64,000 nucleotides of DNA from a virus (Duplodnaviria > Heunggongvirae > Uroviricota > Caudoviricetes): IMG/VR virus record IMGVR_UViG_2724679236_000008. One strand, given 5' to 3'. Shown piece after piece: positions 10,276 to 20,002 of the stretch. Each line of letters starts with the position of its first letter. Position 1 is the stretch's first letter. The position numbers and the translations under genes are program-made. The notes below the pieces were generated by a model. That model had not been told where the DNA came from. It made no database searches and saw only the letters and a program-made list of their open reading frames with translations.

Positions 10276-12530
10276 ACAGCTATAACGTCATGAGCAACAC
10301 CACGAGTGTCCCCCTTACAAGACACAGAACGTCTGGCAAAAAGAGGTTCCACTCTGAAGCCACTGTCCTGATAAAGCTCTCTGATGTTTGGCGCGCCACT
10401 GTTAGTAATGAGAACCTTTGCACCTCGGCGATGGGCATCCGTCAACAGAGACACCAGGCGTTTTTGCTCTTCAAACTTAAAGTCATGACCGGAATAGTTC
10501 GTGAACCCCTCTGTATTGGGGAGCGGTTCATACGGCGGATCGCAAAAGATGACATCTCCTTCTCCGGCACCTTCAATCACCGCTGCAAAATCACCGCATA
10601 CAAACTCAGACCGCCCTTCCGCACCGATGAAGGCTTCCATCTCCTGTAATGGGAAATACGGAGTTTTATACTTCCCATAACCAACATTAAACTCACCGGC
10701 CTGGTTGTAACGCGTCAATCCGTTAAAACAATGTCGGTTCAGGAACAAAAACGCTGCTGCACGATGTAAATCATCATAGGCTTGTTTGTTAAACGCATTC
10801 CGTACTGCCAGGTATCCATCCTGTGTGTTGTAGTCCTGGAAAAACCGATGCGCCAGAGTGATAAGTGAATGTCCCTCACGTTGCAGAGTCCTGTAAAAGT
10901 TAATCAGGTCGGCATTCACATCATTTAGCAGATTTTCTTGATATCCGGCATTTATGAAGACAGCTCCGCCACCAACGAAAGGTTCAATCAGGCGCTTTCC
11001 GTCAGGTAAATGCCTAAAGATTTGTTCCAGAACACCAAATTTTCCACCGACCCATTTAAATATGGGACGGTCAAATTCTGCCGTTAGCTTAACTTTCCGT
11101 TCTGTTGCTTCATGATTTTCTGCCTGCTGATATGCAGCCTTAATAATCCGCTCACCAATCCATCGCATTACTGGTATCGCCATACTATTGCCGATCGCTT
11201 TGTAACGCGGTCCGTCAGCTGAAAGCATCGCGGCCTCTTCTTCGCTTAAATCTGGATAGTGATTGCGCAGATATGCCAGTTCATCTGAATTAACTTTTTT
11301 ACGCTTTTCCGTAGGGATCAACGTATACCCATCAGGAAAACCTTGGAGTCTTTCGCATTCGACAGGGGTAAGGCGGCGGACAGCTACTTCTGCGTTTCTT
11401 ACTTCATAGCAAACGGCTGTTGGATTTTGAGCCATTAGAGATGGTGAAGTATTCTTAGTTGCCGCATGTTGTGTACCACTCATACGCTCAGGAAAAGCCA
11501 ATGCAACAAGATGCTCATGGCTTTCTTGCTCACGCGCCCGCAATGTACCATGTCCTTCTGACCAAAAACCTGCTCCTGTGCTGCTAAAAACGGCAAGATC
11601 AGTAGCATCTTTAAAGTCTCTTGCCTTTACTGTCGATGCAGTTTCATCGTCAATATATTCCCCAAAAGCAGCCATCCTGAAAGCGTTTACGGCTTTCGTT
11701 GATTTCATTCTGGGGTTCCCATCAGCGTGTAGGCATGGATTTATATTTTCACCACTGATTGCAGCGCCATTTGCAATAATGGCGGAAGCGATTTCCTTCT
11801 TTTTTCGGCTCGGCGCAATATTCCGGCGCACGCCTTCGAACTCAAAAAGTACCGTTGCGGGATCGAGGTCTGTTCGAGCACTTGCGACAACAAACACGCG
11901 TCGGCGTCGTTGTGCCACTCCGAAGTATTGGGCATCAAGGATTCTCCAGGCCACCTTTCGCTGCGGTCCATAAATACAACCACACTGCGGCCACTTTGGA
12001 GCATGGCAACCGGTTTTGACATCCCACCGCCAGAACGCGTTACTTTTTCGTGATTCAGGTCGCTCACCTGGTTCGAATGGCGCATCTTCTCCAGCCAATC
12101 CGGCAAGGAAACATCCGAAGGCGTTATCTGCCGATGACAAGACTCCTGGGACATTTTCCCAGACGATAACGGCTGGTTTGAGAAATGACTCAGCCCGTTT
12201 GTCGTCAATTGCATTTGCAAGCTCCACATACTTTAAAGTTAGCGCGCCACGCTCATCATCAAGCCCACCACGTAATCCCGCGATACTGAATGCCTGGCAA
12301 GGTGTTCCCCCGACGAGCACATCGGGGGATTCAATTTCCCCAGCCCGGACTTTTTTGGCAAGTTTTGTCATATCGCCAAGGTTGGCGACATGGGGCCAGC
12401 GGTGCGCAAGAACGGCAGATGGAAAAGGCTCGATTTCAGCAAACCAAGCCGGACGCATACCCAACGGCTCCCAAGCAATGCTCGCGGCTTCAATTCCACT
12501 GCAAACAGATCCATAGCACAGCTCTTTCAC
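10266..12530 (-). CDS. dmt: bifunctional DNA methyltransferase: N-terminal C5-cytosine MTase fused to C-terminal Dam-like N6-adenine MTase (754 aa)
   Basis: N-terminus: [10 protein letters not shown] (motif I), [12 protein letters not shown] (PCQ), ENVPG; C-terminus: [10 protein letters not shown] (FxGxG) and VIFCDPPY (DPPY). Confidence 0.85.
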
Positions 12531-13432
12531 TGCTTAGCCTCTCCACCAAGGGCATTTACCAGAGCATCAACCAGGCTCGAAATTTCACTGGTCAACAGGA
12601 AGAAATCCGCGTCCAGGCGCTGCGCAACATCTTCACTATCAATATCAGAGTTCTGCTCAAGCAATTCATCCGCAAATTTTACGCTGGTAAGGCTGAAGTT
12701 ATGGTCCAGTGTAAATTTAATGCGGTTCTGCCAGTCGAGTGCCAACTTAGTGACGAGCTTGCCAGCTTCCAAGTGTGTGGAAATTTCATCGCTTCCCAAA
12801 TCCTGCTTTTTCACTCGGGCAATACCGCCATCCTCAAGCACTGCCTTAAGTTCTGCCGCATCCCCCATTTGAAATCCCTGTGGAGCACTACCATCACGTA
12901 CCCAGTCGGTCAGAGTTAATTCAATGGGATTTTCAACACTCAGGGGAACAACAGGAAGAGAACCCAGAGACTTACGCATAAGCGCGAGCATATCCTCTGC
13001 CTGCCGCGCGCTGGCATTAATATAGATACGTTTAGTTGAACCGTCGTAGATCGCCTGGATAACAGAAAACTTTGAAAAAGCCCGTGGCAGAAGAGAATGC
13101 AGAACTTCGTCTTTCAGGGAGTCCTTCTCTGTTTTCTTCAGTTTACGCGCTTGTTCTTGCTCAAGTTTTTCAATTTTTTCTTGAATAGCTCGCTGGATAA
13201 CCGGCGGGGGAAGAATTTTTGTTTCGCGCTTTGCTTCAACAAGGATAAAACCATTTCCATGCATAGCGATAACTTCGGAATTATCACCAAATGGCGATAC
13301 AAAACCGAACTTGGCCATATCCTGACTACCGCATGGCGTGAAAAGGATCATTTTCTTTTTATCTTCTAAGTCGGTCAGATCCGCCTCACGAGAAAGTTTA
13401 TAAATAGTAATGTTTTTCCAGTGCTTAAACAT
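12527..13432 (-). CDS. RdgC-like recombination-associated protein (P1 HrdC-like, 301 aa from ATG 13432)
   Basis: [16 protein letters not shown]...[17 protein letters not shown] aligns by eye with E. coli RdgC N-terminus; ORF-track 5' extension overlaps upstream gene so internal ATG preferred. Confidence 0.7.
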   Translation of the reverse strand: MFKHWKNITIYKLSREADLTDLEDKKKMILFTPCGSQDMAKFGFVSPFGDNSEVIAMHGNGFILVEAKRETKILPPPVIQRAIQEKIEKLEQEQARKLKKTEKDSLKDEVLHSLLPRAFSKFSVIQAIYDGSTKRIYINASARQAEDMLALMRKSLGSLPVVPLSVENPIELTLTDWVRDGSAPQGFQMGDAAELKAVLEDGGIARVKKQDLGSDEISTHLEAGKLVTKLALDWQNRIKFTLDHNFSLTSVKFADELLEQNSDIDSEDVAQRLDADFFLLTSEISSLVDALVNALGGEAKQ

Positions 13433-13781
13433 GTTGTAACCCTTGAATATCAACCACAGAAAGCTCGTCTTTGTAGAAAAAGGCCAGGTTGTGGCACCCC
13501 CTCGTTTGAGCGTATGAGCTGGGACCAATTTCGTTCTTCCAGACAAATGGCTTCAAATCCGTACGGCGAAGCATAAAAACGCGATTTGTTCCGCTCTGAT
13601 TCCCAATGAGGCAAAAGCCTTCTTTCACCTTGATAGCCTGCAAGTTGTCGAGTTCACCGCTGGTTACACGGCTATCGAACTCCTTGCGGCTTATTAGCTC
13701 CATCTGCATCTGACGACTCCAAACAAATGCCCATTGAAGGGCGATGGCTGAATGGTACCGAAAACACTGCATAAAAAACAA
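13425..13781 (-). CDS. hypothetical protein upstream of rdgC-like gene (118 aa)
   Basis: ORF track; 8-nt overlap with downstream gene start; operator 13781-13797 sits at its 5' end. Confidence 0.45.
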   Translation of the reverse strand: MFFMQCFRYHSAIALQWAFVWSRQMQMELISRKEFDSRVTSGELDNLQAIKVKEGFCLIGNQSGTNRVFMLRRTDLKPFVWKNEIGPSSYAQTRGCHNLAFFYKDELSVVDIQGLQHV

Positions 13782-13797
13782 TATTTATTAGAGCAAT
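13781..13797. promoter_or_regulatory. C1-type operator variant ATATTTATTAGAGCAAT
   Basis: 1 mismatch to AAATTTATTAGAGCAAT; located in divergent intergenic region (13782-13878). Confidence 0.45.
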
Positions 13798-13878
13798 TTT
13801 GTAATAAGAAAACACCATTAAGACCACAAATAACATAAGGTAAAATAACGAAAATTAGAGCAAATAATTGGTGATGAC

Positions 13879-14163
13879 GTGGCAAGTATTGCAACAAAAG
13901 ACAGCATTTGTTCGGGGCACGGAGGATTCCCATCCAGGCCTCCTGTAGAAAGTGAACCACTACTTAAAGTCAACGGAGTCGAAGTGTTAGTTGATGGTAA
14001 GCAATATGCACAGCATACCGATGGAAACAGTACGCACGGTGGGCAAGCTATATCAACCAGGGCATGGTTTACCGTCAATGGTAAAGGGGTCGTATGCGTT
14101 GGTGACCCTGTTTCATGCGGCTCTACCGTAGCGTCAGGAGACGGCCTGGTTCAGGTAAGTTAG
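13879..14163 (+). CDS. PAAR-like spike-tip protein (94 aa, GTG start)
   Basis: Cys/His pattern SICSGHGG...VNGVEVLVDGKQYAQHTDGNSTHGG...VNGKGVVCVGDPVSCGSTVASGDG typical of PAAR domains. Confidence 0.55.
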   Translation: MASIATKDSICSGHGGFPSRPPVESEPLLKVNGVEVLVDGKQYAQHTDGNSTHGGQAISTRAWFTVNGKGVVCVGDPVSCGSTVASGDGLVQVS

Positions 14164-14171
14164 GAGATATC

Positions 14172-14960
14172 ATGCTGGAAAAAGACTACCAGTTATCCGC
14201 ATATAAAAAATTGGCCGCAGCCGGTGGGATGAAAACACCTGGTGCCATAACATCGGCACGAAACAGTGCTAACACGGCAAAACAGCTTGCAGAAGAATTG
14301 ATCGGATTAATTTTGGATACAATTGTCTATCCCGACACTATTACCAGCTATGTTTCAACGATCAGAACAACCACAACCGGCTTAACGAACATTGGAGAAC
14401 TGGCAACTAAGCACGCGGACCTGTTGGCTGGTTATGCAGATCTGTCAATGCTGCTTCAACTCGATATTGGTTGGGATGTTTACTGCCGTGCTAATGAGCG
14501 AGAAGTATCAGAACTGCCGATCTCTATTGCCATTGGTGATGTGACTATTACTAAATCGCTTGAGGATGCTGTAAACGCGCTTAATACATCAAGTTTAGTC
14601 GCTGCTATGGGGGAGATTAACCAGACCCTTAACACTGGCTCAGGAAGCTCGTCAGGCTCTGGTTCAGGCGGCGGCACTGCCACTCCCCCACCAGCACTAA
14701 CAGAAGAGCAAATTGAATCTCTGAAAGTAGCAACTGAACAGTTTGGGGTTGTTTTCAACCAGACAACAGCGCCCACAACTGCGTTACAACAGCAGTATGA
14801 ACGAGCGAATGAAAGCGCCAACGTAGCCATAACTGCTTATAACCATGCTATCGGTACCGCGCTTGCGGAAGCATCAGCAAATAAGGCCAGCACAGCCAGC
14901 GCAGTCGCCGCTTTGGTTCCTGATTCTGTTCTTGATGAATTAAACAAAGCGGCACAGTAA
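14172..14960 (+). CDS. hypothetical protein with Gly/Ser-rich linker (262 aa from ATG 14172)
   Basis: SD TAGGAG 6 nt upstream of ATG 14172; internal GSGSSSGSGSGGG low-complexity linker. Confidence 0.5.
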   Translation: MLEKDYQLSAYKKLAAAGGMKTPGAITSARNSANTAKQLAEELIGLILDTIVYPDTITSYVSTIRTTTTGLTNIGELATKHADLLAGYADLSMLLQLDIGWDVYCRANEREVSELPISIAIGDVTITKSLEDAVNALNTSSLVAAMGEINQTLNTGSGSSSGSGSGGGTATPPPALTEEQIESLKVATEQFGVVFNQTTAPTTALQQQYERANESANVAITAYNHAIGTALAEASANKASTASAVAALVPDSVLDELNKAAQ

Positions 14961-14999
14961 CAAAGGACTTCATTGATAATTTTTCTTCAGGAGGAAGAC

Positions 15000-15422
15000 A
15001 TGTCATTCTTTTCTACGTTAAAAACAGCTTTGTCTTTGAAGGAGAAACTTGCTGCTACTGGTGTTCTTGTTCTGATTTGCGCACTTGTTGGTGCTGGGTT
15101 TGCATGGGAACGTCATCAGCTAAAGCAAGCCTTAGAGAAAGTTAACCGCCTCGATCAGGCTGTTAAGGAACGTGATAAGTCAATCAGCGAGCTTAATCAG
15201 ACCATTGAGACGATGAACAAAGCGGATCAACATTTTCACAGCCAGGAAGTGAAAAATGAATCAGAACAAGCCAAGTATGCTGACAGGCAAATGGAGCGAA
15301 AAGCAGAAGTTCAGAAACAACTGGTTGCGGCGGGTAATGTTCGCCAGCGCATTCCTGCTGACACTCAGCGGTTGCTCCGGGAGTCGATCAGCGAATTTAA
15401 CTCCGACGCCGACAAAGGTTAA
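15000..15422 (+). CDS. Rz-like inner-membrane spanin candidate: N-terminal TM helix plus periplasmic coiled coil (140 aa)
   Basis: SD AGGAGG before ATG 15000; TMD LVLICALVGAGFAW then coiled-coil-like region; embeds a lipoprotein gene in the +1 frame. Confidence 0.5.
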   Translation: MSFFSTLKTALSLKEKLAATGVLVLICALVGAGFAWERHQLKQALEKVNRLDQAVKERDKSISELNQTIETMNKADQHFHSQEVKNESEQAKYADRQMERKAEVQKQLVAAGNVRQRIPADTQRLLRESISEFNSDADKG

Positions 15423-15588
15423 CCACCCTGCCCCCAAAAGTGCGTTTATGTGCAGGATGCCAGAGTTTAGCAGTGAATATTTTGATGATCTGCCAGCGTA
15501 TATCCTCGATACAGAAACGATGCTGATGGGGATTAACAGGAAGAATCGCAACGTCAATGATTACAACCGTGCTATCAGCGGTAACTAA
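15337..15588 (+). CDS. Rz1-like outer-membrane lipoprotein spanin candidate (83 aa), overlapping the preceding gene in another frame
   Basis: Signal peptide MFASAFLLTLSG followed by lipobox Cys (LSGC), proline-rich mature N-terminus (TPTPTKVNHPAP). Confidence 0.5.
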   Translation: MFASAFLLTLSGCSGSRSANLTPTPTKVNHPAPKSAFMCRMPEFSSEYFDDLPAYILDTETMLMGINRKNRNVNDYNRAISGN

Positions 15589-15599
15589 AAGGGATTTTT

Positions 15600-15992
15600 A
15601 TGTCTGATAAAGTAACAGTTAAGCAAACTATCAACAAAGCGACTTCAATCTACAAAATTGAGCAAATCACTGTTGGCAAGCCAGGATCTGAACAATACCG
15701 TCATGCTTTCGAGCTTGCCGATCAGCTTGGTTTAAAACACCCGGATTGCATCGAGCATGTATTTCCTACCTATGCTGATGAGCAATGTACTCATGTTCTT
15801 ACCGAAGAGGATTTTTTCAGCACTGAAGAACGAGAAGGCGTTGATCGCTGCATTGGTGTGATTTGTTCTTCGGTAAGTGATGAGTTATTCCCTAATGTGC
15901 CTGAATATGGTGGTATTGGATACCAATTCCTGTACGAGGGCGATGAGCTTAAATGCTATGAACATGGTCTTCTCATCGAAAGCGTAGAATAA
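15600..15992 (+). CDS. hypothetical protein upstream of repA (P1 UpfA-position, 130 aa)
   Basis: ORF track; position relative to oriR/repA. Confidence 0.5.
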   Translation: MSDKVTVKQTINKATSIYKIEQITVGKPGSEQYRHAFELADQLGLKHPDCIEHVFPTYADEQCTHVLTEEDFFSTEEREGVDRCIGVICSSVSDELFPNVPEYGGIGYQFLYEGDELKCYEHGLLIESVE

Positions 15993-16032
15993 TACCCTTC
16001 CTTCCAACCGGCTATGTTGGCCGGTTTTTCAC

Positions 16033-16110
16033 TTATCCACATTATCCACTGGGTAGATCCAATAATTAGGTCCATACAGATCCCAATTAGATCCATATAG
16101 ATCCCTGATC
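16033..16110. promoter_or_regulatory. plasmid origin core: two tandem DnaA boxes (TTATCCACA, TTATCCACT) and five GATC-containing heptamer repeats
   Basis: DnaA boxes at 16033-16050; GATC at 16056, 16079, 16090, 16100, 16107 in phased agATCC repeats; matches P1 oriR layout. Confidence 0.7.
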
Positions 16111-16149
16111 GTTGCAGGCCGCGCCACGTCTGGTTTAGAAGTGTATCGC

Positions 16150-16252
16150 GATGTGTGCTGGAGGGAAAATGATGTGTGCTGGAGGGATAAAAATGTGTGC
16201 TGACGGGTTGCTAATGTGTGCTGGTGGGATATAGGATGTGTGCTGACGGGAA
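16150..16252. repeat. incC-type iterons: five direct 19-bp repeats (GATGTGTGCTGGAGGGAAA family)
   Basis: Five phased copies of ATGTGTGCTGg/aNGGG directly upstream of repA. Confidence 0.8.
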
Positions 16253-16309
16253 AGCCTGGGTAGTTATCACCACTTATAAAAACTATCCACATAATTCGGA
16301 AAAAGTAAT

Positions 16310-17170
16310 ATGAATCAATCATTTATCTCCGATATTCTTTACGCAGACATTGAAAGTAAGGCAAAAGAACTAACAGTTAATTCAAACAACACTGTGCAGC
16401 CTGTAGCGTTGATGCGCTTGGGGGTATTCGTTCCTAAGCCATCAAAGAGCAAAGGAGAAAGTAAAGAGATTGATGCCACCAAAGCGTTTTCCCAGCTGGA
16501 GATAGCTAAAGCCGAGGGTTACGATGATATTAAAATCACCGGTCCTCGACTCGATATGGATACTGATTTCAAAACGTGGATCGGTGTCATCTACGCGTTC
16601 AGCAAATACGGCTTGTCCTCAAACACCATCCAGTTATCGTTTCAGGAATTCGCTAAAGCCTGTGGTTTCCCCTCAAAACGTCTGGATGCGAAACTGCGTT
16701 TAACCATTCATGAATCACTTGGACGCTTGCGTAACAAGGGTATCGCTTTTAAGCGCGGAAAAGATGCTAAAGGCGGCTATCAGACTGGTCTGCTGAAGGT
16801 CGGGCGTTTTGATGCTGACCTTGATCTGATAGAGCTGGAGGCTGATTCGAAGCTGTGGGAGCTGTTCCAGCTTGATTATCGCGTTCTGTTGCAACACCAC
16901 GCCTTGCGTGCCCTTCCGAAGAAAGAAGCTGCACAAGCTATTTACACTTTCATCGAAAGCCTTCCGCAGAACCCGTTGCCGCTATCGTTCGCGCGAATCC
17001 GTGAGCGCCTGGCTTTGCAGTCAGCTGTTGGCGAGCAAAACCGTATCATTAAGAAAGCGATAGAACAGCTTAAAACAATCGGCTATCTCGACTGTTCAAT
17101 TGAGAAGAAAGGCCGGGAAAGTTTTGTAATCGTCCATTCTCGCAATCCAAAGCTGAAACTCCCCGAATAA
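16310..17170 (+). CDS. repA: plasmid replication initiator RepA (286 aa)
   Basis: Flanked by iteron arrays on both sides and preceded by DnaA boxes; size and context of P1-type RepA. Confidence 0.9.
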   Translation: MNQSFISDILYADIESKAKELTVNSNNTVQPVALMRLGVFVPKPSKSKGESKEIDATKAFSQLEIAKAEGYDDIKITGPRLDMDTDFKTWIGVIYAFSKYGLSSNTIQLSFQEFAKACGFPSKRLDAKLRLTIHESLGRLRNKGIAFKRGKDAKGGYQTGLLKVGRFDADLDLIELEADSKLWELFQLDYRVLLQHHALRALPKKEAAQAIYTFIESLPQNPLPLSFARIRERLALQSAVGEQNRIIKKAIEQLKTIGYLDCSIEKKGRESFVIVHSRNPKLKLPE

Positions 17171-17458
17171 GTGTGTGCTGGAGGGCAGCTGCATTCAAAA
17201 AATGTGTGCTGCCGGGAAGGCTTGTCCAATTTCCCGTTTTTGATGTGCGCTGGAGGGGGACGCCCCGCAGTTTGCCCAGACTTTCCCTCCAGCACACATC
17301 TATCCATCCATTTTTCCCTCCAGCGCACATGTAATTCTCTGCCTTTCCCTCCAGCACACATATTTGATACCTGCGATCCCTCCACAGCACATAATTCAAT
17401 GCGACTTCCCTCTATCGCACATTCTGAGCCTTCACCATCCCTCCAGCACACATCTAAT
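17171..17458. repeat. incA-type copy-control iterons: nine 19-bp repeats in both orientations
   Basis: GTGTGCTGGAGGG and CCCTCCAGCACACA copies spaced through 17171-17458 immediately after repA stop. Confidence 0.8.
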
Positions 17459-17563
17459 AGCCTCATCGCCATTTCATTACGTGCAATAATTGACGGATGA
17501 ATCAAAAAAAGTTGCACGTAGCAGAATCCAACGTACAATTCACTCATACGAAATGATAAGGAG

Positions 17564-18775
17564 ATGATGATGAAACGCGATTATGGCGGTGTCGGCACCA
17601 TAGCTCTTCGTGCAAGCGCATTACTTAAAGCCATGAGTCAGGATATTGAAGATCAGCGCAAAGAGTTCAATCAGACCGAGTATTATCAGACGTTCACTCG
17701 TAACGCTGTGGCAAAGTTGCCGAAGCTGAGCCGCCGCATTGTGGAGCAGGCCATCAAAGAGATGGAAGATGATGGGTACCAGTTCAACAAGAAACAGGTC
17801 GGCAACGTTGAACAGTACGCGCTGACCATCCAGAACGTCATTGATATCTATGCCCACCGTAAGATCCCCAAATATCGCGACATTCACAAATCTCCTTACG
17901 TTATTTTTGTCGTAAACCTGAAGGGTGGTGTATCCAAAACGGTTTCCACAGTCACGCTGGCGCACGCGTTGCGTGTGCATCAGGATTTACTGCGTCACGA
18001 TCTGCGCATTCTGGTTATTGACCTTGACCCGCAGGCATCCAGCACAATGTTCCTCGACCATACTCACAGTATTGGTTCCATTCTGGAAACAGCCGCGCAG
18101 GCGATGCTGAACGACCTGGACGCGGAGACGTTACGCAAAGAGGTGATTCGTCCGACCATCGTTCCTGGCGTAGACGTGATTCCAGCCTCTATCGACGATG
18201 GCTTTGTTGCCAGTCAATGGAAAGAGCTGGTTGAAGAGCATCTTCCTGGACAAAATCAGTACGAAATCCTTCGTCGCAATATCATTGATCGTGTTGCGGA
18301 CGATTATGACTTTATCTTTATCGATACCGGTCCGCACCTGGATCCGTTCCTGCTTAACGGTCTGGCGGCCAGCGATCTGCTGCTTACTCCTACCCCACCA
18401 GCCCAGGTTGACTTCCACTCAACACTGAAATATCTCACCCGTCTGCCAGAAATGCTGGAGCAACTGGAGGAGGAAGGCGTTGAACCGCGTTTAAGCGCCA
18501 GCATCGGTTTTATGTCGAAGATGACCGGCAAGCGCGATCACGAGACATCACACAGCCTTGCGCGTGAGGTTTATGCCAGCAACATTCTGGACTCTTCTTT
18601 GCCTCGTCTGGATGGCTTTGAGCGATGCGGCGAGTCTTTCGACACCGTAATCAGTGCTAACCCGCAATCGTATCCAGGCAGTGCTGAGGCGCTGAAGAAG
18701 GCACGAACTGAGGCCGAGCGTTTCACTAAGGCTGTGTTTGATCGGATTGAGTTTGTTAGGGGTGAGGCGGCATGA
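17564..18775 (+). CDS. parA: partition ATPase ParA (Walker-type, P7-like; start at one of three tandem ATGs 17564/17567/17570)
   Basis: Deviant Walker A NLKGGVSKTVSTVTLAHAL; N-terminal HTH extension as in P1/P7 ParA; SD AAGGAG at 17558. Confidence 0.9.
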   Translation: MMMKRDYGGVGTIALRASALLKAMSQDIEDQRKEFNQTEYYQTFTRNAVAKLPKLSRRIVEQAIKEMEDDGYQFNKKQVGNVEQYALTIQNVIDIYAHRKIPKYRDIHKSPYVIFVVNLKGGVSKTVSTVTLAHALRVHQDLLRHDLRILVIDLDPQASSTMFLDHTHSIGSILETAAQAMLNDLDAETLRKEVIRPTIVPGVDVIPASIDDGFVASQWKELVEEHLPGQNQYEILRRNIIDRVADDYDFIFIDTGPHLDPFLLNGLAASDLLLTPTPPAQVDFHSTLKYLTRLPEMLEQLEEEGVEPRLSASIGFMSKMTGKRDHETSHSLAREVYASNILDSSLPRLDGFERCGESFDTVISANPQSYPGSAEALKKARTEAERFTKAVFDRIEFVRGEAA

Positions 18776-19737
18776 AAAAAATAGTTTCCCGTGGACGAGT
18801 GCTGGGCAAGAATAGCTCCGAGTTTGCTCGCATGCTTGAAGGCAGTGAAGGCACCAAAACCTTTACCCTAAAATCTGGCCGCCAGGCTAAATTTTTGCTT
18901 ACCGTTGTGCTGAGTGGTGAGATTGAGTCGCGCACGTTCGTTGACCCGGCAGTTAACGGCCGCGATCAGTCTCTGCTCACCCCTGAGTCGGTAAGCGATA
19001 TTTCCCGCACCATTAAATTGCAACAGTTCTTCCCGGCTATCGGTCGTATGGTTGGGGGGCGCATAGAGGTATTGGACGGATCACGTCGCCGCGCTGCGTG
19101 TATCTTCAATGAAACGAAGTTTGAGATTCTGGTGACGAAAGATGAGATCAGCCTGGCGGATGCACGCCAGCTGGCCATTGATATCCAGACAGCCCGCGAA
19201 CACACCCTGCGCGAACTGGGTAAACGCTTCGAGGTTATGTATGGTAAGAGCATGACCAAAGAAGAGATCGCCCGCGCTGAGAACATTTCAAAGGCTAAAG
19301 TTACGCGCGCGTTCCAGGCGGCAGCGGTGCCGGATGAGATGATTGCTGTCTTCCCTGTTGCCAGCGATCTCGCCCTGCCAGATTACCAGTTACTGCTCCA
19401 GATCTCCGAGGATGCCAACGCTAAAAGCGTGCCGATTGAAGAGCTGGTTGATACGGTGCGCGAACGAATTGCAGAGACTGAGGGCGCGAAAGAGGATAAA
19501 GCGAAGATACTGGCTATCTTCAAAGCGGAAAGCAAAAGCCTGAAGCCCGCGCCGGTTAAATCTGTGGTGGTTGAGAAGCTGCGAGACTTCTCTGACCGTC
19601 GCCAATATGCCCGAAAGAAGTCCGATCCGAAAAAACGGGTTGTCGCCTACGAGTTCTCCAGACTCCCGTCTGAAGTGCAAACTGAAATTGACGAAGCAAT
19701 AAAAAAAATCATTGGGAAAATGTCTGCTGGGGAATAA
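18772..19737 (+). CDS. parB: centromere-binding partition protein ParB (321 aa)
   Basis: ATGA overlap with parA stop; directly downstream of parA and upstream of centromere-like site. Confidence 0.85.
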   Translation: MKKIVSRGRVLGKNSSEFARMLEGSEGTKTFTLKSGRQAKFLLTVVLSGEIESRTFVDPAVNGRDQSLLTPESVSDISRTIKLQQFFPAIGRMVGGRIEVLDGSRRRAACIFNETKFEILVTKDEISLADARQLAIDIQTAREHTLRELGKRFEVMYGKSMTKEEIARAENISKAKVTRAFQAAAVPDEMIAVFPVASDLALPDYQLLLQISEDANAKSVPIEELVDTVRERIAETEGAKEDKAKILAIFKAESKSLKPAPVKSVVVEKLRDFSDRRQYARKKSDPKKRVVAYEFSRLPSEVQTEIDEAIKKIIGKMSAGE

Positions 19738-19784
19738 TCCCGCTGGTGGGAGGCGGCTTTAGCCCCCTCCCCTGCCTAAAATGT

Positions 19785-19870
19785 CCCGCATCAATTTCAT
19801 GTATAACTATATGATATATATAGATATTCATGAAAAGTTTCAGACTGAAATTCCCACGGTTTCACGCCTG
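19785..19870. promoter_or_regulatory. parS centromere candidate (AT-rich bend region plus TTCCCA hexamer next to GTTTCAC heptamer)
   Basis: AAATTCCCACGGTTTCACGCC at 19838-19858 next to an AT-rich stretch; hexamer TTCCCA rather than TCGCCA suggests P7-type, from memory of P1/P7 parS. Confidence 0.4.
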
Positions 19871-19929
19871 TTTTACTTGCCCCCTCCCCCGCACAAAAAA
19901 TTTAAAAAATTACTTTTAGCGAGAAAGTC

Positions 19930-19952
19930 AACAAGTGACTTTCAATAAAATC
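19930..19952 (+). promoter_or_regulatory. late-promoter-like motif variant CAACAAGTGACtttcaaTAAAAT upstream of capsid gene
   Basis: Shares AACAA(A/G)TGA(C/T) plus downstream TA-rich hexamer with motifs at 697, 32123, 47703, 57948. Confidence 0.3.
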
Positions 19953-20002
19953 TCTTCCGAAAAGGGATTCACACAAGTGCCTTGTGTTTAAGGAAGAGTA
20001 AC

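Noticed and set aside
13818-14078. Minus-strand ORFs 13694-13960 and 13818-14078
   Set aside because: Overlap the divergent promoter region and the PAAR-like gene; Cys/Leu-rich shadow translations.
16150-17458. Possibility that the direct repeats are a CRISPR array
   Set aside because: Repeats are 19 bp, in both orientations, with irregular spacing and flank a repA gene: iterons, not CRISPR; no cas genes.
17070-17547. Several ORFs (17070-17399, 17083-17547, 17171-17500) over the incA region
   Set aside because: They are produced by the 19-bp iteron repeats; translations are repetitive (CAGG, WRE runs); the region is a regulatory repeat array.
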